Assembly: GCF_001194135.2 (NCBI RefSeq)
Contig: NC_068988.1
Span: 30,075,710 to 30,122,917, forward strand
Length of the DNA stretch: 47,208 nucleotides
Direction: 5' to 3'
Source of the DNA: Octopus bimaculoides
Lineage: Eukaryota
The notes below the pieces were generated by a model, which was not told where the DNA came from, did no database searches, and saw only the letters and a list, made by a program, of their open reading frames with translations. A program made the translations under genes and the position numbers. Below are positions 25,943 through 38,297 of this stretch, in pieces. Positions within the stretch are counted from its first letter, which is position 1. Every line of letters starts with the position of its first letter.

Positions 25943-26630
25943 GGTGTTGAGGTGGTCAAATAGTTAGCACGCTGGATGAAATGCTTAGCAATATTTCCAC
26001 CTGTCACTACGTACTGAGTTCCAATTCCGCCGATGTCATCTTTACCTTCAATCCTTTCAGGGGTCGATAAATTAAGTACCAGTGAAACTCATCCCCGACC
26101 CCCAAGGTGCCCTTCCGGCAAAAAATTTATTATTATTATTATTAAGGTGACAAGCTGGCAGAACCGTTAGCATGCTGGGTGATGTGCTTAGCGGCATTTC
26201 GTCCGTCCCTACGTTCTGAGTTCAAATTCCACTGAGTTTGACTTTGCCTTTCATCCTTTCGAGGTTGATGAGAAAATTATCAGTCACTTACTGGGGTCAA
26301 TGCGATTGACTATCCTGCTCCCTCAATTTCAGGACTTGTGCCTATAGTACAAAAGATTATCATTATTAAGTGGTAAACTGGTGCAATTGTTAGAGTATTT
26401 GAAAAAGTGTCTTGCAGTATTTGTTCCTATTCTGTACTCGACTAGTACATGTGTGAATGGTATTGACTGGCCCCCACCCCCTTAAAATTATTAGTCTTTA
26501 ACCTAAATCAATTGTTGTTGTTATTCAGTGATGTGAGCTAGTAGAACCATTGACATACTGAGCAAAATGCTTAGTGGTATTCCTTCTGATTTCTCAATGC
26601 AATGCCACTGCAGTGGACTTTGTGTGTTTA
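25682..26630 (+). mobile_element. Head-to-tail array of about five family B SINE copies
   Basis: Heads at about 25690, 25941, 26143, 26368 and 26530, mostly preceded by an (ATT)n or similar run. Confidence 0.8.
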
Positions 26631-27148
26631 CGTACAGTAACATCCTTATGCACTTGGAAAATTTTTTAGAATTCACCCAATTAGAACTGATCATGGATTT
26701 TAGGGTTTCAGAACAAGATGGTTTCTGCGCCTTCTCTTTTTGAGCTACGAGAAATGGAATTTCTGAATGAAAAATTCTCCTTTAATAGATGAATTGAAAG
26801 AGAGGCTTCTGAAATCTTCAAATTTGAGTCTATTGTATTTCGTTTTTGTGAGCTTCATGCAGACACCATTCTTCATTCAACGAATACTTGTAGGTGTCGT
26901 AGGTGTTTTGGATAATTAATGTGATTCAGAGGATTAATGAAAATATCTGCTACAAAATGTATTTCTAAAATGTTTGCATTACACCAAGAGTTTGTATTCA
27001 TAATGGTGGAAACTAACAATCTCAAGAATAAATCTATCTAAGAATCGGTAAGTATTTTCTCACTGATCCTTTTCACAGATTAGTTCTACCATGTGGAGAA
27101 TTAAAGTTATACAAATTTATATATTGCGCAAGGACTTCATAATGACTC

Positions 27149-27210
<62 letters not shown>

Positions 27211-27484
27211 GCACATGCTCGATGTTTATGCACCCTTTTCCTGTTAATATTAATGAACAGATGTAATTGCAATAGCTTTCCTCCGCAAATGTGTGCTTTG
27301 TTAGTTTTTCTTTTTAATCTATATAGCTTATNNNNNNNNNNNNNNNNNNNNNNNNNNNNNNNNNNNNNNNNNNNNNNNNNNNNNNNNNNNNNNNNNNNNN
27401 NNNNNNNNNNNNNNNNNNNNNNNNNNNNNNNNNNNNNNNNNNNNNNNNNNNNNNNNNNNNNNNNNNNNNNNNNNNNNNNNNNNN

Positions 27485-27516
<32 letters not shown>

Positions 27517-28311
27517 GTAGTAGTAGTAGTAGTAGTGATACTAGTGGCGGTGTTGCTTTTAAGTGGTAGTGGTAGTAGTGTCTGAGAGATTAGCACCATC
27601 TGCAAAGGGTGTGTGTGTGTGTGTGAGAGAGAGAAACAGAGACGTTGACCTGCTTAGTCGATAGCTTAGCTAAACTGCACAAGGGATTAGCCACAAAACT
27701 TGTTCTTGTCTGTCTGTTCCTCTATCTATCTCAATCGACCCATCTTCTTACTTGTCTCGTACAAACCTGGTCACTTCCTCTTCTCTCTCTCTCTTTCTTC
27801 CTTCTCTCTCTTTCTCTCCCTTTTTCTGTCTCTGTCTCTCTCCCCCTCGTAATCATTCACACATCGCTCGTCACCACCACTGTATCACAAGGTTGAGTTT
27901 ATGATATCATCAATACTTGGTTGATATAATAATATTTGTGGCAAAGCGATGGTTGGCGGTGGTGTTGCTGGTGGTATTAATAGTTGTTGGTGGTGACGGT
28001 GAGGGTGTTGCAATAATGTCGGTGGTGGTGGTGGTGGTGATTAATAAAATATAAGTGGGTTGGCATTGTTGATTGTTCATTATGCAAAAGTAGCATACAT
28101 ATGTGAATGACTTACATACAGTCTCTCCTTTCTTAGCTCCTTTTGATACCCCATCCACCACCATCCAGTCAGAGGAGGGTGGCTTTGAGACAGTGTGTGT
28201 GTGTGCGCGTGTGGGGAAATTACACTCAATGCACTTGTGCTCGGGCATATATAATTATGAATAAGTATATACATATGTTATCAAAATACACACATGATGT
28301 ATGGTAATAAC

Positions 28312-28344
<33 letters not shown>

Positions 28345-28345
28345 G

Positions 28346-28535
28346 GAGATTGGAATAGAATGTCCGGCAGAGTTCCTACAGAAAGTTTGTTGTCCATTAA
28401 GGACAGCAAGGACTGTCGGGAGGGTTCTAAACACTTAAAAGACTGCTGAAGACTTATGGATACCTAAGGTTAGGGATAGTAACCTGCTACCCACATAAAT
28501 CTTACCTGGAATAAGACCGAACCTGAGCCAAACCC
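28346..28535 (+). mobile_element. 3' end of an RLE-type (R4/Dong/HERO-like) non-LTR retrotransposon, 5'-truncated
   Basis: 28346-28438 reads EIGIECPAEFLQKVCCPLRTARTVGRVLNT*, resembling the LQK..LLGTARI.R.VL C-terminus of RLE LINEs; (AAT)n-type sequence on both sides. Confidence 0.7.
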
Positions 28536-28924
28536 AAATAGTAATAATATTAATAATGATGATAATACAGACCTATTCTTTTTACTTATACTTTTTCATA
28601 CTAGCGTAGAGTGGACATGCTTTCTTAAGGCAATGTTTTACAGCCAGATGCCTTTCGTGGCACTAACTCTTTTGTTATCTCTTATGACATACAGATGTAC
28701 TGTCTACTTTTCCAAAAGCCCAGATGTATACACTGTATCCTTGCAGGTTTCACCTGTTTCATCTACATCTGAAGCTTGTTGTGTCTGGGTTACAACATAG
28801 TGTAGAGATATCTTAGAGCAGATTACTGACGGGATTTTTTTTTCTTTTGGAAGCATTCACTTTTATATATGTATTTATAAATAAACATTGTTTTTGTCTA
28901 ATCGATACACATTTCAATGTAAAC

Positions 28925-29215
28925 ATCACCCATCTATCTTTTCTGCCGAATAGTCATAGGGGTAGAACCCTCAGGCACTTCCTCCATAGGGACCTGCCGG
29001 AAGCAGTTGTTATTAGAATTTCTGACTGGATTCTCAAGTATAACCAACTGATACTATGGATACTATCCAACCATCTTGTTCTTGGTCTCCTGCCGCTTGG
29101 CTCTGCTTGAAGAATCCACCTTGCAATTCTCTTCTGCGACATTGTAATCACATGTCCAAAGTACCAGAGCTTATGACCTCTCAAAGTAAATATAAAAGTT
29201 ATGAACTTCACGACT
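28925..29215 (-). mobile_element. RTE-clade LINE ORF2 C-terminal fragment
   Basis: ORF 28954-29211: LWYFGHV..M...RIARWILQAEPSGRRPRTRWLD, matching the typical RTE motif W.GHV.RM...R.P.GRP..RW.D. Confidence 0.85.
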
Positions 29216-29761
29216 CATTTACATCTGTCACACAAGTATGATACTTTTCCAGCGATTGGCCATTCGTTTACAACAGGAGCTATTATTACAACATGTTAAA
29301 AATATAGTACACATAATAAAATTAGATGGAAAGAATGTTTGTTGACAGCACTACCCTTCTATATTGAATTCTGTTAAGAATAAAGAGATGAAGTATGGAG
29401 ATTTTATTAATAGCAAAATACAAACCAAAAATCAATGTACAGATATTGCAGTTGTAAAATATATCTGGAGTTAACCACTGAATCATTTTTAATCCAACCT
29501 TGACAATTTTTATCATTTATAGCAGTATTCTCCTGGTTCTTTGTGACCTACTGTGAATTATTTGCCAATATATTTTCCATTTCATTCAGAGAATGAGACT
29601 GGAGGCTTTGAAGAGTTAATAGTTTTGAGAATGCTTATTGTTCCAAACTAAATATAAAGGACTGGTAAAAGAATGAAGAAAATTCCTTGATAAAAAAAGG
29701 ATAAAATTTAAACACAGTTGGGTCTTTAATATAACATGTTTCAAAATAAAGGCATCTCTCT

Positions 29762-29796
<35 letters not shown>

Positions 29797-31564
29797 ATGC
29801 ATGCACATTTGTGTGTGCATGTGTGTGTGTGATTATCATAGATCATTTTATGTCTCTTTCTTTCAAAGTTGGCGTGGGTTGGATGGGTGTGGACCAGTGT
29901 AGCATCTCACCACTTGCCACACTCCACCGTCATCTGATAAACACAAAATAATATATATACCCTATACATCCTATACATATATGTCTATATGTGTGTGTGT
30001 GTATGCATATGTATATGTGGAAATGGTCTACTGTTTTCTCTGAAGTTTGTCTCTGTGTTTCCTTGTTTTACTATATTCTTCTTCTTAGATGTTTAGTAGC
30101 AGACTTCCCTCTGAGTTCTCTGACTTCCGTCTCAATTATAGTTCCTTCCTCCTTCCCCCTCCCCCCTCCCCTCGCTCTGGTTTCATCCATTCGCTCTGTT
30201 TTTTTCTCTGATAGTCTTTTGTGGTCTCCACTCCACACACCATTCTCACACACCACTCCACATTGCACCATCGCACACCCAAACCACACCGCAACATGCT
30301 ACACCACTCCACCAAGCTCAAGTAGATCCTTAGTAGATTTCTCTTTGAACAGAAAAGCAGAAACGAGAAAGAATGTTTACAATCCTAATTAATTCACTAT
30401 TCCATGATGATGATGATGATGATTCAGTTTCCTCATCTTTGTTTTTTTCTCTTCATTTTCTTCACTCATTTTTTTCATCCATCTCTCTTTTCCTCTTCAA
30501 ACTGCTCTTTCTCTCTCTCTCTCTCCTTCTTTGCCTTCTCCCCCCTCCCCGCCGTCAACACCTCTTTCACACTCTTTCTTTCTGTGTCTCTTTCAGTATT
30601 TTCTTCCTGAAAGGAGAACCTAAAATAGCAAATTGCATACATGCTGGAAGCAGGCTGACAGCTATTAATAAGACGCAGGCAAACACTACTTTTACAAGAG
30701 TGTTGAGTGGGATTGCTTGGTACCTGGTGCCACCGTCTGTGTGTGTGTGTGTGTGTAGACACATACATATACGTATGGGCATACCATGCTGGGTGTAAGC
30801 AACATTTTGCCATTTATTATATGCCTGCCTTGGAACCCTTATGTTATGTAGGTTGCAGTCTTATCCAGCTGCTTAGCAATTTTTGTGCCAATTTTCTGTC
30901 TGACTGTCTGTCCTCCCTCCCACCTCTCTCACTCACACATCGTTTGATAGTCTTTGAAAATTGGTAAGACCACATGCTTTTGAAAACCCTCTTAACTCTT
31001 TAGACAACTTGCCCCACTCAGAATTAAATCTGAATGTTCTACGGGTTTTAAAATACTTATCAAATACTCAGTTTAGATAAAACAACTGTCTAACCACTGT
31101 GCCACAGATTTTCATAACATGTTTCCTGGTGGTCTTTAAAAATAGTTAAGACCACATGTTAAGAAAATTCTTCAGCAAGAATGAGACAAACATGGATAAG
31201 GTAGTGTCTCTAACTTCTCGGGTAACATTAAGTTAAAACAATTTAAGATTTTGAGAGGAAATGCAAACCCACATTGTAGCCAATGAAAATCACCAGACAT
31301 TACTTACAACAATACACATTTTAAGATGGTAATGTTTTGCATTATGTCTAATATTTACATTTAAATGTAAATATGAAAAAAATGTTATATCTCTAATGAT
31401 GAGTTTAACACATAAAAAGAGAGGCAAAAATATTATTGATAAATAACTCAATGCAAACATCTTAATATTTAATCAAAATTTTTACTCCAGTTTTGTTTTT
31501 AAAAAGTATCTTTTCATTTGGCTGGAGTCTTCCTTGCAAAATCTGCTGTTGTCTTAGCAGAAAT

Positions 31565-31655
31565 GCTATAAACACTCACAACGCCTGGTCTGGGAATCGA
31601 TACCACGATCCTATGACCGCGAGTCCGCCGTCCTAACCACTGAGCCATTGCGAAT
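31565..31655 (-). mobile_element. tRNA-derived SINE family E head
   Basis: Minus-strand A box TGGCTCAGTGG (31637-31647) and B-box-like GGTATCGATTCCC (31592-31604), followed by non-tRNA body sequence. Confidence 0.75.
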
Positions 31656-31984
31656 CCACTTGCTTGATATACATTCCCTAAACTGCAAGTTTTCCTTAAC
31701 AAATTCCCTACAATATACTTCATGGATGAAAAATTTGGGTTTGTGAACACAGGTTTACTCTGTCACCCCCATCATTATTTTCCTCTTATCTCCTTCAGCC
31801 ACATATCTCCTCTATAAGACCCACTGTGTTTGTCCCTCTGTCATACTTTAACCTCTTGACCCCTAGCATACAGCCACCCATCCCCATCTGCCCCCCTCCC
31901 AAAGACTTCTTAGTCACGAGAGTGTTTTCCTCTCCTTCCTCGTCTTCCTTCTCTGTTCTTTTCGGACTTCCAAGTTGGCATGGC

Positions 31985-32180
31985 AACCTCACTAGTGCTG
32001 GTGGCATGAAAAAAAAGCACCCTGTACACTCTGTGAAGTGTTTAGCATTGGGAAGGGCATCCAGCCATAGAAACCATGCCAAAGATGACACTGGAACTTG
32101 ATGCTGCTCGCTGGTTCCCTGTCAAGCTGTTCCCTTCATGCCAGCATGGAAGGCAGACATTAAATTATGATGATGATGAT
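31985..32180 (+). mobile_element. SINE family C
   Basis: aagcaccc..gggaagggcatccagccatagaaacc..gccagcatggaa with a (GAT)n tail. Confidence 0.85.
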
Positions 32181-32289
32181 CTTTTGAAGTCACCTAATCC
32201 CCAAAAAACATTTCTTGGCTCAAAATAAAAGTAGAAAGCAGAAAGAATGCACTTTCACAAATTTGAAACACCATTTAAATAGATATAGT

Positions 32290-32480
32290 TGTTGTTTTGT
32301 CCTTACATTATCACAGAGACAACAGATTTATGATGTAAAGCATTTCAGCCGTGACCATCCAACATTATGTATCTACAATTACATTATCATTTGATAATGT
32401 CCTTCCTTGCTTTAAAATAGCTGAGTATGATTGATCTGGAAAAGATGTGGCTGTTTTCTAGCTGATTCAGCAGCCATCCA
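32290..32480 (-). mobile_element. Repeat family D copy, diverged
   Basis: gtgaccatcc..gtggctgttttctagc. Confidence 0.5.
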
Positions 32481-32809
32481 GATTTTTTTGTTGGTGCATG
32501 TGAGCAATTAATTTAATATGCAGCTGTTATGTCACAAGATTTCTCATCTAGATTTTAGGATACATACATACATAAATATATATATATATATATATATATA
32601 NNNNNNNNNNNNNNNNNATATATGTATATATATATGTATACATATGCTGTATTACATAGTTTCACAGATGCAAAAGTACATCTGAGGTTTCAAATGCTAT
32701 CGATCCAAGTTGAATGCTTAACTTAACCTCAACGACACATGTTGAGTGCTCATTCTAAAGTTAGCACACCTGTGTTTGTGTGTGTGTGTGTACACGCATG
32801 CATGTATGC

Positions 32810-32843
<34 letters not shown>

Positions 32844-33039
32844 GTACAATCATACAATTATTAATCACAGTCATTATTATTCTATGCATCTGTGATCTGC
32901 ATAACACAGCACATAATAACATATTAATGCATTAATACATGCTGCAATCACATCTGCTCCAAAACATGTTTATGTGGGTTCGTGTGTGGACTCTTCTGAT
33001 ATATATATTCAAACACACGTGTGCACAAACACATGTGGT

Positions 33040-33075
<36 letters not shown>

Positions 33076-33465
33076 TCAATATATATATATATATATATAT
33101 AGATATATTTGGAGACTAGATTTTTCTAGGTTGGCTACATGCAACAGATGTTGTTATATTTACATAAACAAACACAAACACTCAAATATGCTTGCAATCA
33201 CACATCCGCATTCACCACTACCATAAATGAAACGCGTCAACCTGTTTTACCTGGCACCGAACTCCCCCACCCCCTCCACTCCCCGTTCTCCATTCTGTAA
33301 CATTTCATCCATTTCTCCACACACTGTTGCATGCTTCCCCATTTCTAAATCCTCCGACCCCCCCCCCAACACATTCTTTTCATCATTTTCCTGATTTTAT
33401 TTTGATTTCTTGGATATATATAAGCTGTGGCTTCTTTCATGTTTCAGCTAATGGTTCTTATTAAA

Positions 33466-33512
<47 letters not shown>

Positions 33513-33519
33513 TATTATT

Positions 33520-33775
33520 AAGGCAGCAAGTTGGCTGAATCATTAGCATGCGGGGGTGAAACGCTTGGCAGAATTTCATCTGCTTGCTACGTTCTGAGTT
33601 CAAATTCCGCCGAGGTCGACTTTGCCTTTCATCCTTTTAGGATCGATAAATTAAGTACCAGTGAAACACTGGGGACCAATGTAATCGACTAGTTCCCTCT
33701 CCCAAATTTCAGGCCTTGTGCTTATAGTAAAAAGTATTATCATTATTATTATTATTATTATTAATAATAATAATA
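33520..33775 (+). mobile_element. SINE family B, full length, relatively intact
   Basis: aaggcagcaagttggc..gagttcaaattccgccgaggtcgactttgcctttcatcc, ending in (ATT)n. Confidence 0.92.
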
Positions 33776-33794
33776 AAAGTAACAGCAGCAGTAG

Positions 33795-33985
33795 TCGTCG
33801 TTGTCCAGCCCCTGGTCAACTCTGATTGGGCTGAACATTCCTGCCAAGACCATACTGATCTTTGGGTACCTAGGAGTATAACGCCTAATGTGTCCTTGCC
33901 AAATTTAAGGCAGCAAGGCGTGATTGAAGAAGATAGGTTTGGCTGCTATTTCTAGCAAGTCAAACTAGTATAGAGAGCTTCCCTT
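33795..33985 (-). mobile_element. Repeat family D copy
   Basis: gttgtccagccc..tttggctgctatttctagcaag. Confidence 0.65.
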
Positions 33986-34199
33986 GTTTCAATAGTTGTA
34001 GCAGCAGTAGTAGTAGTAGTAGTAGTGGGAGAACCAGTAGTAATATAAATTGTGGACGTTTACATTCGGACTTCATCCGGGTGACTACCCATAATCAAAG
34101 ACATTTCTACTTTGACCATTTCAGCTGTTTTTTGCAGACAGGGTGTCTGAGGTTAGATTATCTGATGCACACAAACATACACACCTATATGTATATATA

Positions 34200-34376
34200 G
34201 GCGCAGGAGTGGCTGTGTGGTAAGTAGCTTGCTTACCAACCACATGGTTCCGGGTTCAGTCCCACTGTGTGGCATCTTGGGCAAGTGTCTTCTACTATAG
34301 CCTCGGGCCGACCAAAGCCTTGTGAGTGGATTTGGTAGACGGAAACTGAAAGAAGCCCGTCGTATATATGTGTGTG

Positions 34377-34427
<51 letters not shown>

Positions 34428-34634
34428 TTGTGTGTCTGTGTTTGTCCCCCCCTCCTAGCATTGCTTGACAACCGATGCTTGTGTGCTTGTGTCCCCATCA
34501 CATAGCGGTTCGGCAAAAAGAGACCGATAGAATAGGTACTAGGCTTACAAAGAATAAGTCCCTGGGTCGATTTGTTCAACTAAAAGCGGTGCTCCAGCAT
34601 GGCCGCAGTCAAATGACTGAAACAAGTAAAAGAG
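34200..34634 (+). mobile_element. SINE family A, full length (tRNA-derived head, internal (TA)n(TG)n)
   Basis: A-box-like TGGCTGTGTGG and B-box-like GGTTCAGTCCC; nearly identical to 39487-39910. Confidence 0.95.
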
Positions 34635-35274
34635 TATACAAGCACATACACATATTAACTGATGTGGTACTTAATGATGTCATATCTATGATGTGGATGG
34701 TAGTCATAATGATTATGATTATGTGCTTAATAGGAGATCATCTTAAGATCCTACCAGCCCTCTCTTACCCCTGTTCCCCCCCGTCCTCTACTTAATAATT
34801 TCGGTAGTTGTTATATTACTGTGTTTTCGTTTTGGTGGTTGTGTTAGTGAGTGTAAAACAACAACCACCACCACTACAGCTACCGCGTCCCTGTCGGCTT
34901 ACTCCCACATCCATAAGCGCCGCACCACAAACACGAATGCAGATGATTGCACATCTGTTGCTCAACTACTTCGGTGACCTTGTTGTGTCTATTTCTGTGG
35001 TGTTTGTCTATTTGTTGAGTAATCAGGATAGTGAGTGCACACTCTGTGCCTGTCTCTGTCTTTGTATGCATATTACTCTGTGTGTATGTGCGTCACACTG
35101 TTTTTGCATATGTGTTTGTATCTGTATGTATGTATATATCAATATATACGTGTGTGTGTGTGTGTATTTATGCATTTATATATGTATGTAGTGAATATTC
35201 CATAATTTCTTTTGGCTGTAGTTTGAAAAGAAAAAGTTTAGAATGGTACAACAATGCACTATAATACAAAAAAT

Positions 35275-35350
35275 GGACTATATACCTGTTGTAAATTGGT
35301 TATCTATAGTCCGATTATATTTCGGAATTACAATTCCTTCTTCAGATATT
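35275..35350 (-). ncRNA. Hammerhead-ribozyme-like motif (Penelope-type relic), stem I not evident
   Basis: Minus strand reads CTGAAGA-A-GGAATT-GT-AATTCC-GAAA-TATAATC: catalytic core and a perfect stem II are present. Confidence 0.55.
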
Positions 35351-36361
35351 CTGAGATGTAGTCTCTGCTATAAGGAGTTCCTTTCTATCTTCTTCTTGTT
35401 ATAGCAATTGACAAAGTCATAGCACAGACTACCTGGTGAGTCACTGTACTTTCCCAGGGATTAAATATCTAAGATGAATTAAAATCTAATTAGCTAAATT
35501 CATCTATGTGGAATGGTCTGAATACAGTTTGGTAAAATATCCCTTCTAACCAAAGAAAATAAGTTTGGTGCACAATTGCATGGAACTGGAAATCTCAGGG
35601 TCCTAGAAGGTTTAATTTCATATCAACATTTAATTTTTTTTTAATATTTATAATGAAACTGTCTTGCATCCTATATCTGTTCAGAAATGAGATATTTGGA
35701 GCAGTGCTGAAGTGAACCCTCAACTTCAAATAGATGAATATTAGATGTACTGTTTATGTTTTACCTATTCTAGCTGATTTAATAAACAGTCTACTGGAGT
35801 AGATTACAATGAAGCATGAGCCAGGATTTTAAGGCCAAGGATAATGCGAGGTTGCAGTAGAGATTGATTCATCTCACCTGTCCACAGCCTGGTTCCATAG
35901 TATATGTGGAGCCAAAATACTATTATCATGGCTAAAGATATTGGTTGTGATACTGACCTTCAGTCCATTGTCATCTCTGTGACACAGTAGGGCAGATGGT
36001 AATTGTATGAGTATCAATAAACAATAAGAGGTTAGGCAGAATAGTGCTGAAGCACAAAGGTATGCCTGCTATACTCTTTTGTGTGAGCTTGAGTTGAAAG
36101 GAAAGCAATTAGAGTGGTAGTGCTGGACAAAGAGCCTTGTTGTTTTATATGTAAGAATAAGAGCCAGTTGAGGGCTTTCTACACAGAGTAGATAAAAATT
36201 CAGAGGCGGGGAAAGAGCAATAGGTGGTTATATAAACAGCAACGATACCAGCAGTTCCCAGAAACTGCTGTTTGCACAGTGCCACCTGTTGCAGCTCAGG
36301 GGATAGCAGAATAAATAGCTTCATTTTCGTTACCAGGAGCCGACAACCAAGAAGCTGGCAA

Positions 36362-36494
<133 letters not shown>

Positions 36495-36528
36495 AGTACC
36501 AGCCCTTCATCTTGTGATGATGGGAAGG

Positions 36529-36610
36529 AAAATATTTAATATGGCAAATTGTCTAGGACAGCAGAAAAATATTTAATATAGCAAACTGTCTAGGACAGCA
36601 GAAAAATATT
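36529..36610 (+). repeat. 37-bp tandem duplication (2.2 copies)
   Basis: aatatttaatatggcaaattgtctaggacagcagaaa and its near-identical copy start at 36531 and 36568. Confidence 0.92.
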
Positions 36611-36737
36611 AGGGAGAAAATAATAATGGAAAGTGATTCTAGGTCCAAGACAAGCCAGATCCTTGAAGAGGACCCCACCTCCTCCTGGGAAACCATGAAA
36701 TTCACAGTTCTTTAAAATGTCAGTGTAGACGAATGGA

Positions 36738-36950
36738 GATAGCAATATCCTGGTTGATGAGAAGCTTAGGTTGTATTTTGTGGAATGCTTAAATGATAGA
36801 CAACGCCAACAATCTATCAGGAACTATATGGTAACTATCCAGAGGTTGTGATAGGACTCCAGCTTAGTAGAATACTGAGAGTATACACAAGAACTCTTGG
36901 GAGTCCCTGGCTCCATTAGCAGGTGTGAAAAGTGTTTGAGGTCATGTATA
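36738..36950 (+). mobile_element. Possible highly degenerate RLE-LINE endonuclease remnant
   Basis: Frameshifted peptide fragments DSNILVDEKL and (V)TI..VVIG resemble D.NI..KE.EKL.KY and T.PVVIGALG. Confidence 0.3.
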
Positions 36951-37199
36951 CCTTGAATCACTGTAGGTGGCAGCTTATCAACTCTGTGTGTACATGTAAT
37001 TTTTTTCTGTCTTTTTTATTGATTGGTGGGGTTGGGGAAAAACAGCTGCTTTTTTCATATCATAACATCTTATTCAGTGATCCATCTAGTTCTTAGGTGT
37101 TTTTCTTTTTAAAACAGGAAAGGTCACAAACTTCATATATATCATTCCTTTATAGCATTCAGAATACACACACACACACATGCAGTATGCTAGCTGACA

Positions 37200-37385
37200 A
37201 AGCATGGTTGGTTGACCCGCTAGAGAGTGTAACCAAACCTCCCTCAAAACTTTCCTCTTAAGATATTATGGTAAAAGAAAGGACATATTGGATATAGTAC
37301 TTTGAGATACTATGTCTGAAAAGACGGGGATAATCCTAGCAGTAACGCCATTGGTTTATAGGCTGACCCAGACTTTAACAACAAC
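37200..37385 (+). mobile_element. Repeat family D copy
   Basis: gctagag..ctccctcaaa..ggacatattggata, ending in aacaacaac. Confidence 0.6.
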
Positions 37386-37744
37386 ATACTTGTTATACAC
37401 CATTATCTTACCTGTCTTTTAACAGTCCAGTTTTTACTTAGGTTTTACTTAGGAAAAGCATTTTCATCTTAGACTGAAAGTGTCTCTTAATGATTTTTTT
37501 TTATCAAGGTCTTCACATTTCATTTCACCCTCCTCTCTCTCTCTCTCTCTCTCTTACCTTAATGAATTTCCAATACAAGGTTGTTTTGTCAATTAAATGG
37601 GAAAAGGTGAGTGTTTTTCTGACCACCCACCACTACCACCACCTCCATTAAGCCACTTTAAGATTATCACAGTCTCTATCATAGTATTTCGCGACTCATT
37701 TTCGACTAATCATTGCTATTTTACTACTACATGCCAGTGAAAGA

Positions 37745-37985
37745 GCTTCTACTTAGCTGCTCAACTTGCTAGAAATAGCAACCAAATCTCTTTCACATTA
37801 CACCCTGCCATCTTAGTAAAACAATGTGTGTGTGTTGGATAATGTCCTGATTTCCATATATATATATATATATATATATATAAGGAAGAACACTGGAAGC
37901 AAAACAAACAGACAGGATGGTCACAGTTGGAATGCTATTTGATTATAGGTGTTTGATCAAGATTGACATAGGGTTAAACAGTACC
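37745..37985 (+). mobile_element. Repeat family D copy with an internal (TA)n
   Basis: ttgctagaaatagcaaccaaatctc..ggatggtcacagttggaatgc..gggttaaaca. Confidence 0.7.
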
Positions 37986-38262
37986 ACTACTACCACCAGC
38001 ACCGACATTACTTCACCACCACTACATTCATTGCCACCACTCCTTCAGCTCATTACTATATATATGTTCACTACTACTACTACGACCACCACTACCACCG
38101 CCACCACCAATTAATGCCCCCTCCTTCCTATTCAGGTTGCAATTAATATTCCATGAGTTGCTAGCCACATGCATGCATGCATGATTGAGAACTTCCTGTT
38201 TTCATAACACTGACATTAAACCTTTTAAACTTTTGGGCATGTTTATGTATAAACTATGCTGC

Positions 38263-38297
<35 letters not shown>

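Noticed and set aside
25682-26630. Repeat/spacer-like periodicity suggesting a CRISPR-type array
   Set aside because: Units are about 200-nt diverged SINE copies in eukaryotic DNA, with no constant short repeat or cas genes
31795-32101. Overlapping 98-aa and 91-aa ORFs
   Set aside because: They overlap a family C SINE and a low-complexity tract, with no recognisable host protein
34055-34085. Minus-strand ccggatgaagtccgaatgtaaacgtcc, vaguely hammerhead-like
   Set aside because: The core U4 is mutated and the stem II/GAAA half is missing; too degenerate to call
34200-34275. tRNA-like A/B boxes here and at 39487, 31565-31655 and 2666-2722
   Set aside because: They continue into multi-copy SINE bodies and lack an intact cloverleaf, so they are not tRNA genes
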